From Nitrospinota bacterium (lineage in GTDB: Bacteria > UBA8248), in the NCBI GenBank assembly GCA_036231405.1, contig JAZAHK010000022.1, positions 1 through 17,520 of the forward strand: a stretch of DNA of 17,520 nt, written 5' to 3'. This document shows, piece by piece, positions 1-8,828 of this stretch. The position numbers and the translations under genes are program-made. The stretch's first letter is position 1, and each line of letters opens with the position of its first letter. The notes beneath the pieces were generated by a model. That model was given only the letters and a program-made list of their open reading frames with translations, did not search any database and was not told the DNA's origin.

Positions 1-711
1 AAGGGAATTGGTTTTGCTATAACGGAAGTTCTGGCTACTTCGGGGGCAAAAGTCGTTATTTGTAATCGTAATGAAGAAGAGGGAATAGGATCTGCAAAGA
101 AAATAAAAGAGAAAGGTTTCGATGTTGATTTTAAATCAATGGATCTTTCCATCCCTTCTTCTATTAAAGAAACTATTCAAAATGTGAATTCAGAAAATGG
201 AAAGATAGATGCTGTAATTAATAGTGCTGGACATCTGATTGTTAAGCCTGCGATAGAATATGGAGTGGAAGATATCGATGAATTGCTGCAAATCAATCTT
301 AGAGGTGCTTTAGTGCTAGCACAGGAAGCTGCGAAAGTAATGATTCCTAACAAAGGAGGTAAATTAGTTTTTGTTTCTTCTATTCTGGCAGAAAGGGCAG
401 TTCCAAATCAAGCTGCATATATTGCGACAAAGGGAGGAATTGCAGCATTAACAAAGGCGTTGTCTATAGAGTGGGCAAAATATAATATTCAAGTGAATGC
501 TATTGCTCCGCAGCTTACAAGAACGCCGATGACTGAAGGTTTGTTTTCTGACCCTGATAAAATGAAATCGGTTATAGAAAGAACCCCTGCGGGTAGAGCA
601 GGAGAACCTAGTGATGTTGCAGGGCTGGCTAAATTTCTGTGTTCTAGTCAATCTGATTACTTAACAGGTCAACATATTTGTGTAGATGGTGGAAGGAGCG
701 CAAGCGGATAA
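1..711 (+). CDS. Short-chain dehydrogenase/reductase (classical SDR, FabG/gluconate-5-dehydrogenase-like), 5'-truncated by the window edge
   Basis: Frame 1 is open from base 1 (KGIGFAITEVLATSGAKVVICNR..., tail of the TGxxxGIG Rossmann motif), upstream of the ORF-track Met at 139. It also has NSAG (NNAG-like), catalytic S..YIATK, VNAIAPQ and a C-terminal YLTGQHICVDGG. Confidence 0.93.
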   Translation, partial: KGIGFAITEVLATSGAKVVICNRNEEEGIGSAKKIKEKGFDVDFKSMDLSIPSSIKETIQNVNSENGKIDAVINSAGHLIVKPAIEYGVEDIDELLQINLRGALVLAQEAAKVMIPNKGGKLVFVSSILAERAVPNQAAYIATKGGIAALTKALSIEWAKYNIQVNAIAPQLTRTPMTEGLFSDPDKMKSVIERTPAGRAGEPSDVAGLAKFLCSSQSDYLTGQHICVDGGRSASG

Positions 712-741
712 AAAAATAGCCCTACCAATAAGATAGGGCTA
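711..741 (-). terminator. Rho-independent terminator of the tctBAC transcript (possibly bidirectional)
   Basis: Inverted repeat TAGCCCTA (717-724)/TAGGGCTA (734-741), followed on the minus strand by a run of T (A-run ending at 716). It lies between convergent genes. Confidence 0.8.
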
Positions 742-760
742 CTCTAATGTATAGATGAAT

Positions 761-1747
761 CTACTTCTTTTTCACTCCGATGCTAGCTAGAATTTTTCCA
801 AATGCAGCATGTTCATCAGCGAAGTCTTGTTTTAAAGCAGGTCCCCAGAGAGGAGATGGTTTCTCACCCATCTTCTTTAGGAGTTTTATGTACGTTTTAT
901 TTTTCACTAACTTTTTGAAAGCAGAAACTAGAAAATCAATAGTTTCCTTAGGTGTTCCCTTTGGAGCGATGATTGATCTTTTCGAAGCCAATACAAAATC
1001 CACGCCGTTTTCAATCATAGTAGGCACTTTTGGAAACATTTTAATTCGTTTCTTTGAACAAACTCCAAGGATCTGAACTTGACCTCTCCTATAACGACCA
1101 AGTGTTCCGCCAGTTGCTGGCAATGCGCCAAACGTATCAATATGTCCACCGAGGCCAGCTCTATATGCAGGACCACCACCTTTAAAAGGAATATGTTTAA
1201 TTTTCGCGCCCGTATCAGCCATGATTTTTAAAAGCATAAGATGACCTGTTCCGTAGATTCCGGAAGAACCATAACTAATTTTGCCTGGATTTTTCTTTGC
1301 CGCGGCTATGAATTGTTTAAATCCTTTCCAAGGCTGAGATGCCATAGCTGCCATCATATAATCAGCTTTTGTAAACATGAAAACGAATTCAAAATCGTTA
1401 AGTGGATCATAACCCATTTTTCTTACGTGTGGTCCAATAGTCAGATGAGATGCAGAAGACATTAATAGTGTATGCCCATCATTTTTCGCTCTCTTAAGAG
1501 CATGCATCGCTATCTTTCCACCACCACCAGGCATAAGTTGCACGATCATTGGTTGTCCAAGATAATCATAAGCAACAGAAGCAACAGCCCTTGTATTCAA
1601 GTCATGCGATCCACCTGCACCAAGAGGAACAATCACTTTGATTGGTTTCCAAGGGAATTTTCTCGCATGTGAATCTCCCAAACCCATAAAGAGTGTGGTT
1701 AAAGAAAGTGCGAGTACAACGACCAACAAAAACTTAAATTTACCCAT
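761..1747 (-). CDS. tctC: Tripartite tricarboxylate transporter substrate-binding protein (TctC/Bug family)
   Basis: Start reassigned to ATG 1747 (MGKFKFLLVVVLALSL..., signal peptide, AGGAG Shine-Dalgarno just upstream); the ORF-track start at 1807 overlaps tctA. Motifs FPWKPIKVIVPLGAGGSHD, PGGGG, DGHTLL, GSSGIYGTGH, HIPFKGGG, PKVPTM, APKGTP. Confidence 0.93.
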   Translation of the reverse strand: MGKFKFLLVVVLALSLTTLFMGLGDSHARKFPWKPIKVIVPLGAGGSHDLNTRAVASVAYDYLGQPMIVQLMPGGGGKIAMHALKRAKNDGHTLLMSSASHLTIGPHVRKMGYDPLNDFEFVFMFTKADYMMAAMASQPWKGFKQFIAAAKKNPGKISYGSSGIYGTGHLMLLKIMADTGAKIKHIPFKGGGPAYRAGLGGHIDTFGALPATGGTLGRYRRGQVQILGVCSKKRIKMFPKVPTMIENGVDFVLASKRSIIAPKGTPKETIDFLVSAFKKLVKNKTYIKLLKKMGEKPSPLWGPALKQDFADEHAAFGKILASIGVKKK

Positions 1748-1776
1748 TGCATTTTCTCCTTTATTAAAGAATGAAT

Positions 1777-3267
1777 CTATTCTGCAGCAACTTTCGGTTT
1801 TCTCCAAATACTTAATCCTAAAATTACAGCAGCTAAAATAATAAAAAACAGTGAAATTGGTCTTGTGAAAAAGACAGTATAGTCACCTCCTGAAAGTAAT
1901 AGAGCTTGCTTGAAGGAACGTTCTGCCATAGGGGTGATGATATATGCAATTACTAGTGGAGCAAGTGGGAACTTTAATTTTCTAAACATATACCCAAATA
2001 ATCCAGCGAGTAAAGCTAATTCAACATCTCCAAGATGGTTGTGGTAAATGTATCCGCCTACTACACAAAAAAGAAGAATACATGGAATTAAAATTGCTTG
2101 ACGTATAGTAACAACCGCGGCAAAAAGGCCAGTCAGTAACCAACCCTGTACAAGCATAATAGGATTCCCGATAAGCAGGAGTGTGAAAATAGCATACATA
2201 GTCACTGCATTTTCTTCAAATAAAGAAGGTCCGGGCCTAAGTCCCTGCGCGATGAAAGCTCCCATTAAAATCGCAGCGGTTCCACCTCCAGGAATTCCTA
2301 GTGTCAGAGTAGGAATAAGGTCAGCACCTGCTACAGCGCTATTTGCAGCTTCAGCAGCGGCAACCCCTTCGTAACTTCCTTTCCCGAATTCTTCAGGTTT
2401 TTTTGATGCTCTTTGTGCAGCTCCATATCCTATGAAGGTGGCTATCGAAGAACCCGTTCCTGGGATCGCTCCTACGATAGTTCCAATAATCGAAGAACGG
2501 AAAATAGTGCGTCTTGATTCTTTAAATTCTTTCATCTTCAATGAACGCCCACCTTTTAAGTGAGCGATTGCGGGTTTTTGGGCAAGTACAGTAAGTTTCT
2601 TCTCAACTTGTATGAGTACTTCACTTATAGCAAATATTCCAATAAGAAGTGGGACTAATCCTATTCCTCCTTGTAACGTATCATAGCCGAAGGTAAATCT
2701 CTCGGATCCCGTTACAGCATCAAAACCAACTGCTCCAATCAATAAACCTAAAAGAGCTGAAATAATTCCTTTAGGAACCGAAGCACCAGTCACACTGGAA
2801 ATAACAGTTAGGCCCATTACCATCAATCCGAATAAATCTGCGGGTCCAAATTTTAAAGCTAAAGCTGCGATTGGTATGGCAGCAACAATTAATGCAATAT
2901 CACTGAAAGTATCGCCTAAAGTGGAAGAGTATAGAGCCATCTGTATTGCACTTTTTGCCTCCCCTTTTTGTGCGAGAGGATAACCGTCGAGACATGTAGC
3001 AGCAGCCGGTGGTGTCCCAGGGGTGTTGACAAGTATCGCAGGAATAGATCCTCCAAAGAGTGCACCTTTATGTACCCCAAGCAAAAATGGAATTCCAAGT
3101 TCTGGGGCCATGAAAAAAGAAAAAGGTACTAGGATGGCTGTAGCCATAACGCCAGTGAGTCCAGGAATAGCGCCAACAGTAATACCTGCAAAAACACCGA
3201 TAGCAACCATCGCTATAGCCTTAAAAGTTAAGGCTAAAAGAACACCCTCTAAGATTTGATCTATCAT
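1777..3267 (-). CDS. tctA: Tripartite tricarboxylate transporter large permease (TctA)
   Basis: 496 aa polytopic membrane protein with the TctA repeats GITVGAIPGLTG / GTIVGAIPGTGS, GGSIPAILVNTPGTP, DGYPLAQKGEA, EAANSA and PTLTLGIPG. Confidence 0.95.
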   Translation of the reverse strand: MIDQILEGVLLALTFKAIAMVAIGVFAGITVGAIPGLTGVMATAILVPFSFFMAPELGIPFLLGVHKGALFGGSIPAILVNTPGTPPAAATCLDGYPLAQKGEAKSAIQMALYSSTLGDTFSDIALIVAAIPIAALALKFGPADLFGLMVMGLTVISSVTGASVPKGIISALLGLLIGAVGFDAVTGSERFTFGYDTLQGGIGLVPLLIGIFAISEVLIQVEKKLTVLAQKPAIAHLKGGRSLKMKEFKESRRTIFRSSIIGTIVGAIPGTGSSIATFIGYGAAQRASKKPEEFGKGSYEGVAAAEAANSAVAGADLIPTLTLGIPGGGTAAILMGAFIAQGLRPGPSLFEENAVTMYAIFTLLLIGNPIMLVQGWLLTGLFAAVVTIRQAILIPCILLFCVVGGYIYHNHLGDVELALLAGLFGYMFRKLKFPLAPLVIAYIITPMAERSFKQALLLSGGDYTVFFTRPISLFFIILAAVILGLSIWRKPKVAAE

Positions 3268-3746
3268 TTAAGGAATAACTCCCCTTCTGGAAGTATAACT
3301 TTGAAGCTGTACCAAAAAAAATAATTCAAAAAGAGAGGAAAAAGTAGAGAAGTAGGTATTACATAACGCCAGTCTCTCAAACCAAGAAGGACAATAATAA
3401 TCGCCATAAAGACAGGAGTGCTAATCGAGTATCCAAAATATCTCAAAGAGATTACGTACAAATACGATAAAAAGAAAACGAAGACGACTCTTGATATAGC
3501 ACTTTTATAATCGTCCCCGTAGGTTTTTTCGTCTGTTTTAAATTTTATTGAGGCAATCAAAAGTGACACAGATGCAATAGCTAGAATAAAAACAGTTAAA
3601 CGCGGAAAAAAATCAGGGTGCAGAACCGCAGGTGTATTTTCTTCGATTGGAATAGAAGAAATGATTTGCGTCGGAATTATATAAAAGTAAGAGAAAAAAC
3701 TAAATCCGAGCAGAACGATACTGATTATAATAGAGCCTTTGCGCAC
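3264..3746 (-). CDS. tctB: Tripartite tricarboxylate transporter small permease (TctB)
   Basis: 160 aa, about 4 TM helices, PDFFP motif, FGYSIST and C-terminal F..ILPEG. GTG start; ATGA overlap with tctA. Confidence 0.85.
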   Translation of the reverse strand: MRKGSIIISIVLLGFSFFSYFYIIPTQIISSIPIEENTPAVLHPDFFPRLTVFILAIASVSLLIASIKFKTDEKTYGDDYKSAISRVVFVFFLSYLYVISLRYFGYSISTPVFMAIIIVLLGLRDWRYVIPTSLLFPLFLNYFFWYSFKVILPEGELFLK

Positions 3747-3771
3747 CTTGATCCCTTGCTCTTCTTTAATG

Positions 3772-3809
3772 AATGTATAATGTATAGGACATAAAAATTT
3801 CTAAGTCAA
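3772..3809 (-). promoter_or_regulatory. Putative sigma70 promoter for tctBAC, with a tandem TATACAT repeat over the -10/+1 region
   Basis: Minus strand reads TTGACT (3809-3804), 17 nt spacer, TATACA (3786-3781), within TATACATTATACAT. Confidence 0.5.
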
Positions 3810-3834
3810 GTAATTAGAATGCTCCGTAGGAAAA

Positions 3835-4629
3835 CTACTCACCTTTAAAGTCAGGCTTTCTTTTTTCCATAAACGCTGTTCTTCCTTCTTTATAGTCCTT
3901 ACTGTTAAAGCATGTCTGAGACATTTCGCTTATTTTTCCCATATTTCTTTTTGATTCGTCTTCACGAGTTTGATCTATGGAGAATTTAGAAGCCATTATA
4001 GACAAAGGTGCATTTTCAGAAATAACGTTAGCGTAATCTCTGATCACCTGTTCCAAATCATCTTTGGAAGTTACTTGATTTACAAGCCCAATTTGCAGCG
4101 CTTCTTGCGCGGTTAGTCTCTTGCCAGTAAATAGAATATGTTTTGCAAAAGAAGGACCGACTAAATCAGATAGTCTTTTTATACTGTCAAAACCATAAGC
4201 AATACTGAGTCTAGCTGCAGGAATCCCAAGTTGTGAATCGTCAGAAGCTATACGTATGTCAGCCTGTAACGCGATTCCCATACCTCCCCCCAAGCAGTAT
4301 CCTTGAATCATTGCAATAAGAGGTTTTGTCAGTGTCCCTAATTTTTCCCTTGCATTTGAAGATATTTTTTCATATTCCTGAGCCGCGGAGGCATCAGCAC
4401 GGTTTTTTTCAAATTGTGATATATCCGCACCAGAAACAAATGCCCTGTCTCCTGCACCTTTCATTACGATTAACCTGACATTTTTATCTTCTTCAAAAGC
4501 GCTCAGAATTTTCTCTACTGCTTCCCACATTTCAAGTGAAATAGCATTTCTTTTTTCTGGGTTATTGAAAATCATCCATCCGATATGGCCGTCAACTTCA
4601 GCAATCATTTTGTCCGTGTTTAAATCCAT
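3835..4629 (-). CDS. Enoyl-CoA hydratase/isomerase (crotonase) superfamily protein with a non-canonical active site
   Basis: NNPEKRNAIS, AFVSGADI (oxyanion loop), KPLIAMIQGYCLGGG, DIRIA, GLVN and EGRTAFMEKRKPDFKG motifs. Confidence 0.93.
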   Translation of the reverse strand: MDLNTDKMIAEVDGHIGWMIFNNPEKRNAISLEMWEAVEKILSAFEEDKNVRLIVMKGAGDRAFVSGADISQFEKNRADASAAQEYEKISSNAREKLGTLTKPLIAMIQGYCLGGGMGIALQADIRIASDDSQLGIPAARLSIAYGFDSIKRLSDLVGPSFAKHILFTGKRLTAQEALQIGLVNQVTSKDDLEQVIRDYANVISENAPLSIMASKFSIDQTREDESKRNMGKISEMSQTCFNSKDYKEGRTAFMEKRKPDFKGE

Positions 4630-4674
4630 TTTTTAACCTTTTATTAGAAATGAGTTAGAAATTTTATTGAATTT

Positions 4675-6999
4675 TTAAGTTTCCATTATTTCAGGAGTTT
4701 GGAAAGCTGTGACTTCGGGAAGTTTTTCAGTGAATTTACTTACTTCTACCAATGTACTATGTGAGGATGGTCCTTGTGAAAGACTCGAAGTTCCTTTGTC
4801 GAGAGTCAATACATTTGGGTTTCCGTGTTTATCTAGAGAACCCGGCACTCCAGGCTCAACAGGATCAAACCATGCTCCTGTGTAAATTTGTATGACACCT
4901 TCTCTTATATCTTCACTTAGACTTGCCCCTGCTAGAATACTGCCTCTTTCGTTGAAGATTTTTATGACATCTCCATCTTCTATCCCTCTCCGTGATGCTT
5001 CTTTCGGGTGTATGACAGCAGGTTCTCTTCCTTTGATTTTAGTTGAAAGACTGCAAGAACCGTGGTCCATCTGACCATGTAATCTATTTTTAGGTTGATT
5101 GGAAATAAGATGGAGTGGAAATTGTTTTGCAATATCAGAACCTAGCCATTCGCTAGGTTCAATCCATTTTGAATGAGGTGGACAATCCTCGTAGTTGAAA
5201 CTTTCTAGGGTTTTGGAAAAAATTTCTATTTTTTTACTTGGAGTATTGAGAGGAAATTGTTCTGGGTCGTTTCTGAAATTTTCAAAAAGAACAAATGGTT
5301 TGTTTGGCGTCTCTATTTTTATGTGACCATTATTCCAGAATGTATCAAAGCTAGGATATGAGAATCCGTTTTCTCCTGCATCTTCTTTGCATTCATTGTA
5401 CAAATATTTGATCCACTGCGTTTCATCTCTTCCTTCTGTATAATCTTCTTCGAATCCTAATTTATTAGAAAGTAGAGAAAAAATTTCATAATCGCTCTTC
5501 GCGGTCCCAACTGGTTCAATGGCTTTTTGCATTGCAATGATGTATGTGTCTTTACTTCCAGATCCTATATCGTTTCTTTCCAGTGTCGTTGTTGCCGGTA
5601 ATATAATGTCTGCGTGTTTTGCTGTGGATGTCCACCATGGGTCGTGGACAATTACGGTGTCAGGTTTTTTCCAAGCCTCGATAAGTCTATTTAAGTCCTG
5701 GTGATGATGGAAAGGATTTCCGCCGCACCAGTAAATGATCTTTGTTATAGGGTAGGTCCTTTTTTCTCCATCAAAGTCGTAAGATTTTCCAGGATTAAGG
5801 AAAAGGTCTGCTATACGAGCTACAGGAATATAAGAATTGATTGGATTGTCACCAGTAGGTAGTTTTGGGGTAGGAAAATTTTCGTTTTGGATGCCAATTC
5901 CTCCCATGCTTCCGTATCCAAAAGCAAATCCTCCTCCTGGTAAGCCTATCTGTCCGAGTATCGATGCAAGAGTTATCGTCATCGAAAAAGGTTGTTCTCC
6001 AAATTCAGCTCTTTGGAGAGACCAATTTGTGGCGATCATGGTTCTTGAAGATGCCATCTTTTTGGCCAAAAGCAGAATTTCTTCTTCAGGAATCTCCGTT
6101 ATAACAGAAGCCCATTTTGCATCTTTAGGTTGACCGTCGTTAGTTCCTAATAAATAAGGTTCAAATTTATCGTAACCTATACAGTTTCTCTTTAAAAAAC
6201 TTTTACTATGTAGATTTCCTATTACGAGAGTATGGGCAAGGCCAAGCATAAGTGCTGTGTCAGAATTCGGTCTGATTTGCAACCATTTTGCATTTGTGAA
6301 TTTTGGAATATCAGAACGAAGAGGGCTAATATTAATGAATTCAACTCCTTTGTCTTTGGCTTTTTTCAACCATTCTTCTGTTGAATGTTCAGCTATTCCT
6401 CCATTCATGACTTGATTATTTTTTACGGGGATACCCCCGAAGAGAACCATTAGTTCAGTGTTCTCTACAACACTGTCCCATGAAGTGGTTTGACTGGAGC
6501 AGACCGAGTTTGTTCCAACTAAATATGGGGTTATCGCATATCCTGCGGAAATGCTATAGGTAAATTTCTGATCTGTGAATCCGCCGAACAAATTAAAAAA
6601 TCTTTTCAATAAACCCTTGGCATTATGAAATTTACCAGCACTTGCCCAACCATAGGAACCGGCAAAAATAGACTCGTTGCCATGTTCTTTTTTTACTCTC
6701 TTCAGTTCATCTGCAATTAGGTCAGTAGCTGTTTCCCAAGAGACAGGAATGAATTTTTCTTTTCCCCTATCAGCTTTGCTCTTCTGAGGGCCTTTTTCTA
6801 GCCAGCCAGAGCGTACCATGGGACTTGATACACGGGTTTTTCCGTAGATGGAATTTGGGATAGAATTTAGAATAGGAGATGGACAAGGATCGTTTTTGAA
6901 AGGCCTAACCTTCGTGAGTTTACCATCTTCAACAATAGCATCGAACGCACCCCAGTGAGATGAATGATGGTAGGTTTTTTCTGTATTTACTGAATTCAA
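4675..6999 (-). CDS. Cytoplasmic molybdopterin (bis-MGD) oxidoreductase, BisC/TorZ/DMSO-reductase type (S-/N-oxide reductase)
   Basis: 774 aa, TTG start with AAGGA upstream. Motifs SHWGAF, PMVRSGWL, GSYGWASAG, TYS (Ser Mo ligand), GGNPFHHHQD, ADIILPATTTLERND, RLHGQ and C-terminal GAWFDP/HGNPNVLTLDKGTS. No twin-arginine leader and no N-terminal Fe-S Cys motif. Confidence 0.93.
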   Translation of the reverse strand: MNSVNTEKTYHHSSHWGAFDAIVEDGKLTKVRPFKNDPCPSPILNSIPNSIYGKTRVSSPMVRSGWLEKGPQKSKADRGKEKFIPVSWETATDLIADELKRVKKEHGNESIFAGSYGWASAGKFHNAKGLLKRFFNLFGGFTDQKFTYSISAGYAITPYLVGTNSVCSSQTTSWDSVVENTELMVLFGGIPVKNNQVMNGGIAEHSTEEWLKKAKDKGVEFINISPLRSDIPKFTNAKWLQIRPNSDTALMLGLAHTLVIGNLHSKSFLKRNCIGYDKFEPYLLGTNDGQPKDAKWASVITEIPEEEILLLAKKMASSRTMIATNWSLQRAEFGEQPFSMTITLASILGQIGLPGGGFAFGYGSMGGIGIQNENFPTPKLPTGDNPINSYIPVARIADLFLNPGKSYDFDGEKRTYPITKIIYWCGGNPFHHHQDLNRLIEAWKKPDTVIVHDPWWTSTAKHADIILPATTTLERNDIGSGSKDTYIIAMQKAIEPVGTAKSDYEIFSLLSNKLGFEEDYTEGRDETQWIKYLYNECKEDAGENGFSYPSFDTFWNNGHIKIETPNKPFVLFENFRNDPEQFPLNTPSKKIEIFSKTLESFNYEDCPPHSKWIEPSEWLGSDIAKQFPLHLISNQPKNRLHGQMDHGSCSLSTKIKGREPAVIHPKEASRRGIEDGDVIKIFNERGSILAGASLSEDIREGVIQIYTGAWFDPVEPGVPGSLDKHGNPNVLTLDKGTSSLSQGPSSHSTLVEVSKFTEKLPEVTAFQTPEIMET

Positions 7000-7121
7000 T
7001 ATTCACAATTCCTTTTGTTTATCTTTAGTGATATTTAATGATAGAGTTTTTAGTATTGAATATCAAATTTTTTGTCGTTTTTTATCTTTTTTAAAATAGA
7101 TGTATAGGAGAAAATTGTTTT

Positions 7122-8309
7122 ATGAGAAGACAACCTTCCAGAGCAAATCAGAATTGGATTTTTGATAATTTCCTGAAGTTATCGGACAACGAGGATGTTT
7201 TGCATCCCGGAATACTCGGTATTCGCTATTTTAGGGGATTTAAACACCAAGACTTAGAGGCAGTATACCAGAGGATTACAGGAAGACGTTCTATCCCTCG
7301 ACTATGGGCTAGGCAAGCTTCTATTCAGGAACAAAAAGGAGAGGAAGCTTTAAAAGCCGACCATACGCAAAGTGCAGCGGGACATTACCATAGAGCTGGT
7401 CTTTGTTTTGGAAGAGCACAACATCTTATTCCTGTAGATGGTCATCCAAAGAAAAAAGAATATTATGAAGGATTGCAAAGATGTTATGGAAAATTTAGAG
7501 AGATACATGGTGGTAAAATAACAAAACATGAAGCTGAATTTGAAGTTGGGAAGAATACTTATTTTTATTTCTGGCCAGCTGAAGGAGATGGGCCGAAGCC
7601 CACAGTTCTTTTGATTCCTGGAATGGATATGGTGAAGGAAGATGCAATTGCAGACCCTTGGCAGAATGTTTTCCATCAACGTGGCATGAATGTTTGTGCG
7701 ATGGATGGTCCAGGTCACGGGGAATGTAATATGAATCAAGTCTGGGTGGACCAAACAAATTTTGCTAAAGCTGGAAGCAAAATCATCGATTTTTTATGCG
7801 AAAGAGATGATGTGGACAGTTCGAAAATTGGACTATTTGGACAGAGCATGGGAAGCAGGTGGACTGTTGAAATAGCAGCTCACGACGATCGTGTTAATAC
7901 CGTAATAGGGCAAATGGCAAATGTAGGTCCATCCGATATTATCTTCAACCATGCACAGCCTAATTTTAGGCGTATTTATATGTATATGTCTAATATCCTT
8001 GATGACGATAAGTTTGATGAATTTGTAGAAGAAAGAGACAATATTTGGCATGGCGTTGCAGAAAAAATGAAAGCAAATTATTTACTGGTAGCAGGTGATA
8101 TGGATGAATTATGTTCCCCAGAGGATATACATGAGTTTCTTGACGTGTTGAATTGTCCAAAAGAGCTTTGGCTTTATGAGGGGGTTTTTCACCCCATGGG
8201 TGAAGTTGCAGCGGATATGTATCCTGCTATCGCAGATTGGATGTTGCATACTCTAAACAATGGATTATCAAGCGACCATGACAATAGGGTAGTTGTTCCA
8301 GAAGGTTAG
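7122..8309 (+). CDS. Alpha/beta-fold serine hydrolase, FrsA / 2,6-dihydroxypseudooxynicotine-hydrolase-like
   Basis: AGGAG SD; helical N-terminal domain (W...A...E..GEEA...HTQSAAGHYHRAG), PTVLLIPGMD..KE, MDGPGHGE, nucleophile elbow GQSMG (S242), and putative D328 (GDMD) and H357. Confidence 0.85.
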   Translation: MRRQPSRANQNWIFDNFLKLSDNEDVLHPGILGIRYFRGFKHQDLEAVYQRITGRRSIPRLWARQASIQEQKGEEALKADHTQSAAGHYHRAGLCFGRAQHLIPVDGHPKKKEYYEGLQRCYGKFREIHGGKITKHEAEFEVGKNTYFYFWPAEGDGPKPTVLLIPGMDMVKEDAIADPWQNVFHQRGMNVCAMDGPGHGECNMNQVWVDQTNFAKAGSKIIDFLCERDDVDSSKIGLFGQSMGSRWTVEIAAHDDRVNTVIGQMANVGPSDIIFNHAQPNFRRIYMYMSNILDDDKFDEFVEERDNIWHGVAEKMKANYLLVAGDMDELCSPEDIHEFLDVLNCPKELWLYEGVFHPMGEVAADMYPAIADWMLHTLNNGLSSDHDNRVVVPEG

Positions 8310-8381
8310 AATGCTCTATTGTATTGTATCTATTCCCCAGAGTGATCTTTATAATTTCTGCCAATACGGAGTTTAATAATT

Positions 8382-8828
8382 TTGTCTGCTATCATAGGAG
8401 TAATTGGAGATTCCAATCCATCAAAGGAAGTGTATGAACTAGCAGTGGAAACTGGTCGTGAAATTGCAAGAAGAAAAGCTATTTTAGTTTGCGGCGGCCT
8501 TGGTGGAATCATGGAAGCAGTTTCTATGGGCGCAAAAGAATTAGGTGGAATGACAATCGGCATTTTACCTGATTATGATATTTCTAAAAGTAATGAATAT
8601 GTAGATATTCCTATAGCGACAGGCATGGGGCATGCAAGAAACGTCATCATAGCTGCAACCGCTCATGCTTTGATTGCATTGCCAGGTTCTTATGGAACTC
8701 TCTCTGAAATTTCTCATGGACTCAAACTTGGGAAAAAAGTCGTAGCTCTTGGAAGAGAAGAAAGCCCGCCTGATGTTGTTCTTGCGAAAAATCCGCAGCA
8801 TGCTGTTGAGTTAGCTTTAGATGTTTAA
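8382..8828 (+). CDS. TIGR00725-family / LOG-SLOG superfamily Rossmann-fold nucleotide-binding protein
   Basis: IIGVIG, ILVCGGLGGIMEAVSMGAKELGGMTIGILP, IATGMGHARNVII and PGSYGTLSEI (LOG-like PGGxGTxxE). TTG start. Confidence 0.88.
   Translation: MSAIIGVIGDSNPSKEVYELAVETGREIARRKAILVCGGLGGIMEAVSMGAKELGGMTIGILPDYDISKSNEYVDIPIATGMGHARNVIIAATAHALIALPGSYGTLSEISHGLKLGKKVVALGREESPPDVVLAKNPQHAVELALDV

Noticed and set aside
1748-1807. N-terminal extension of TctC1 in the ORF track
   Set aside because: It overlaps the tctA 3' end; the SD and signal peptide support ATG 1747.
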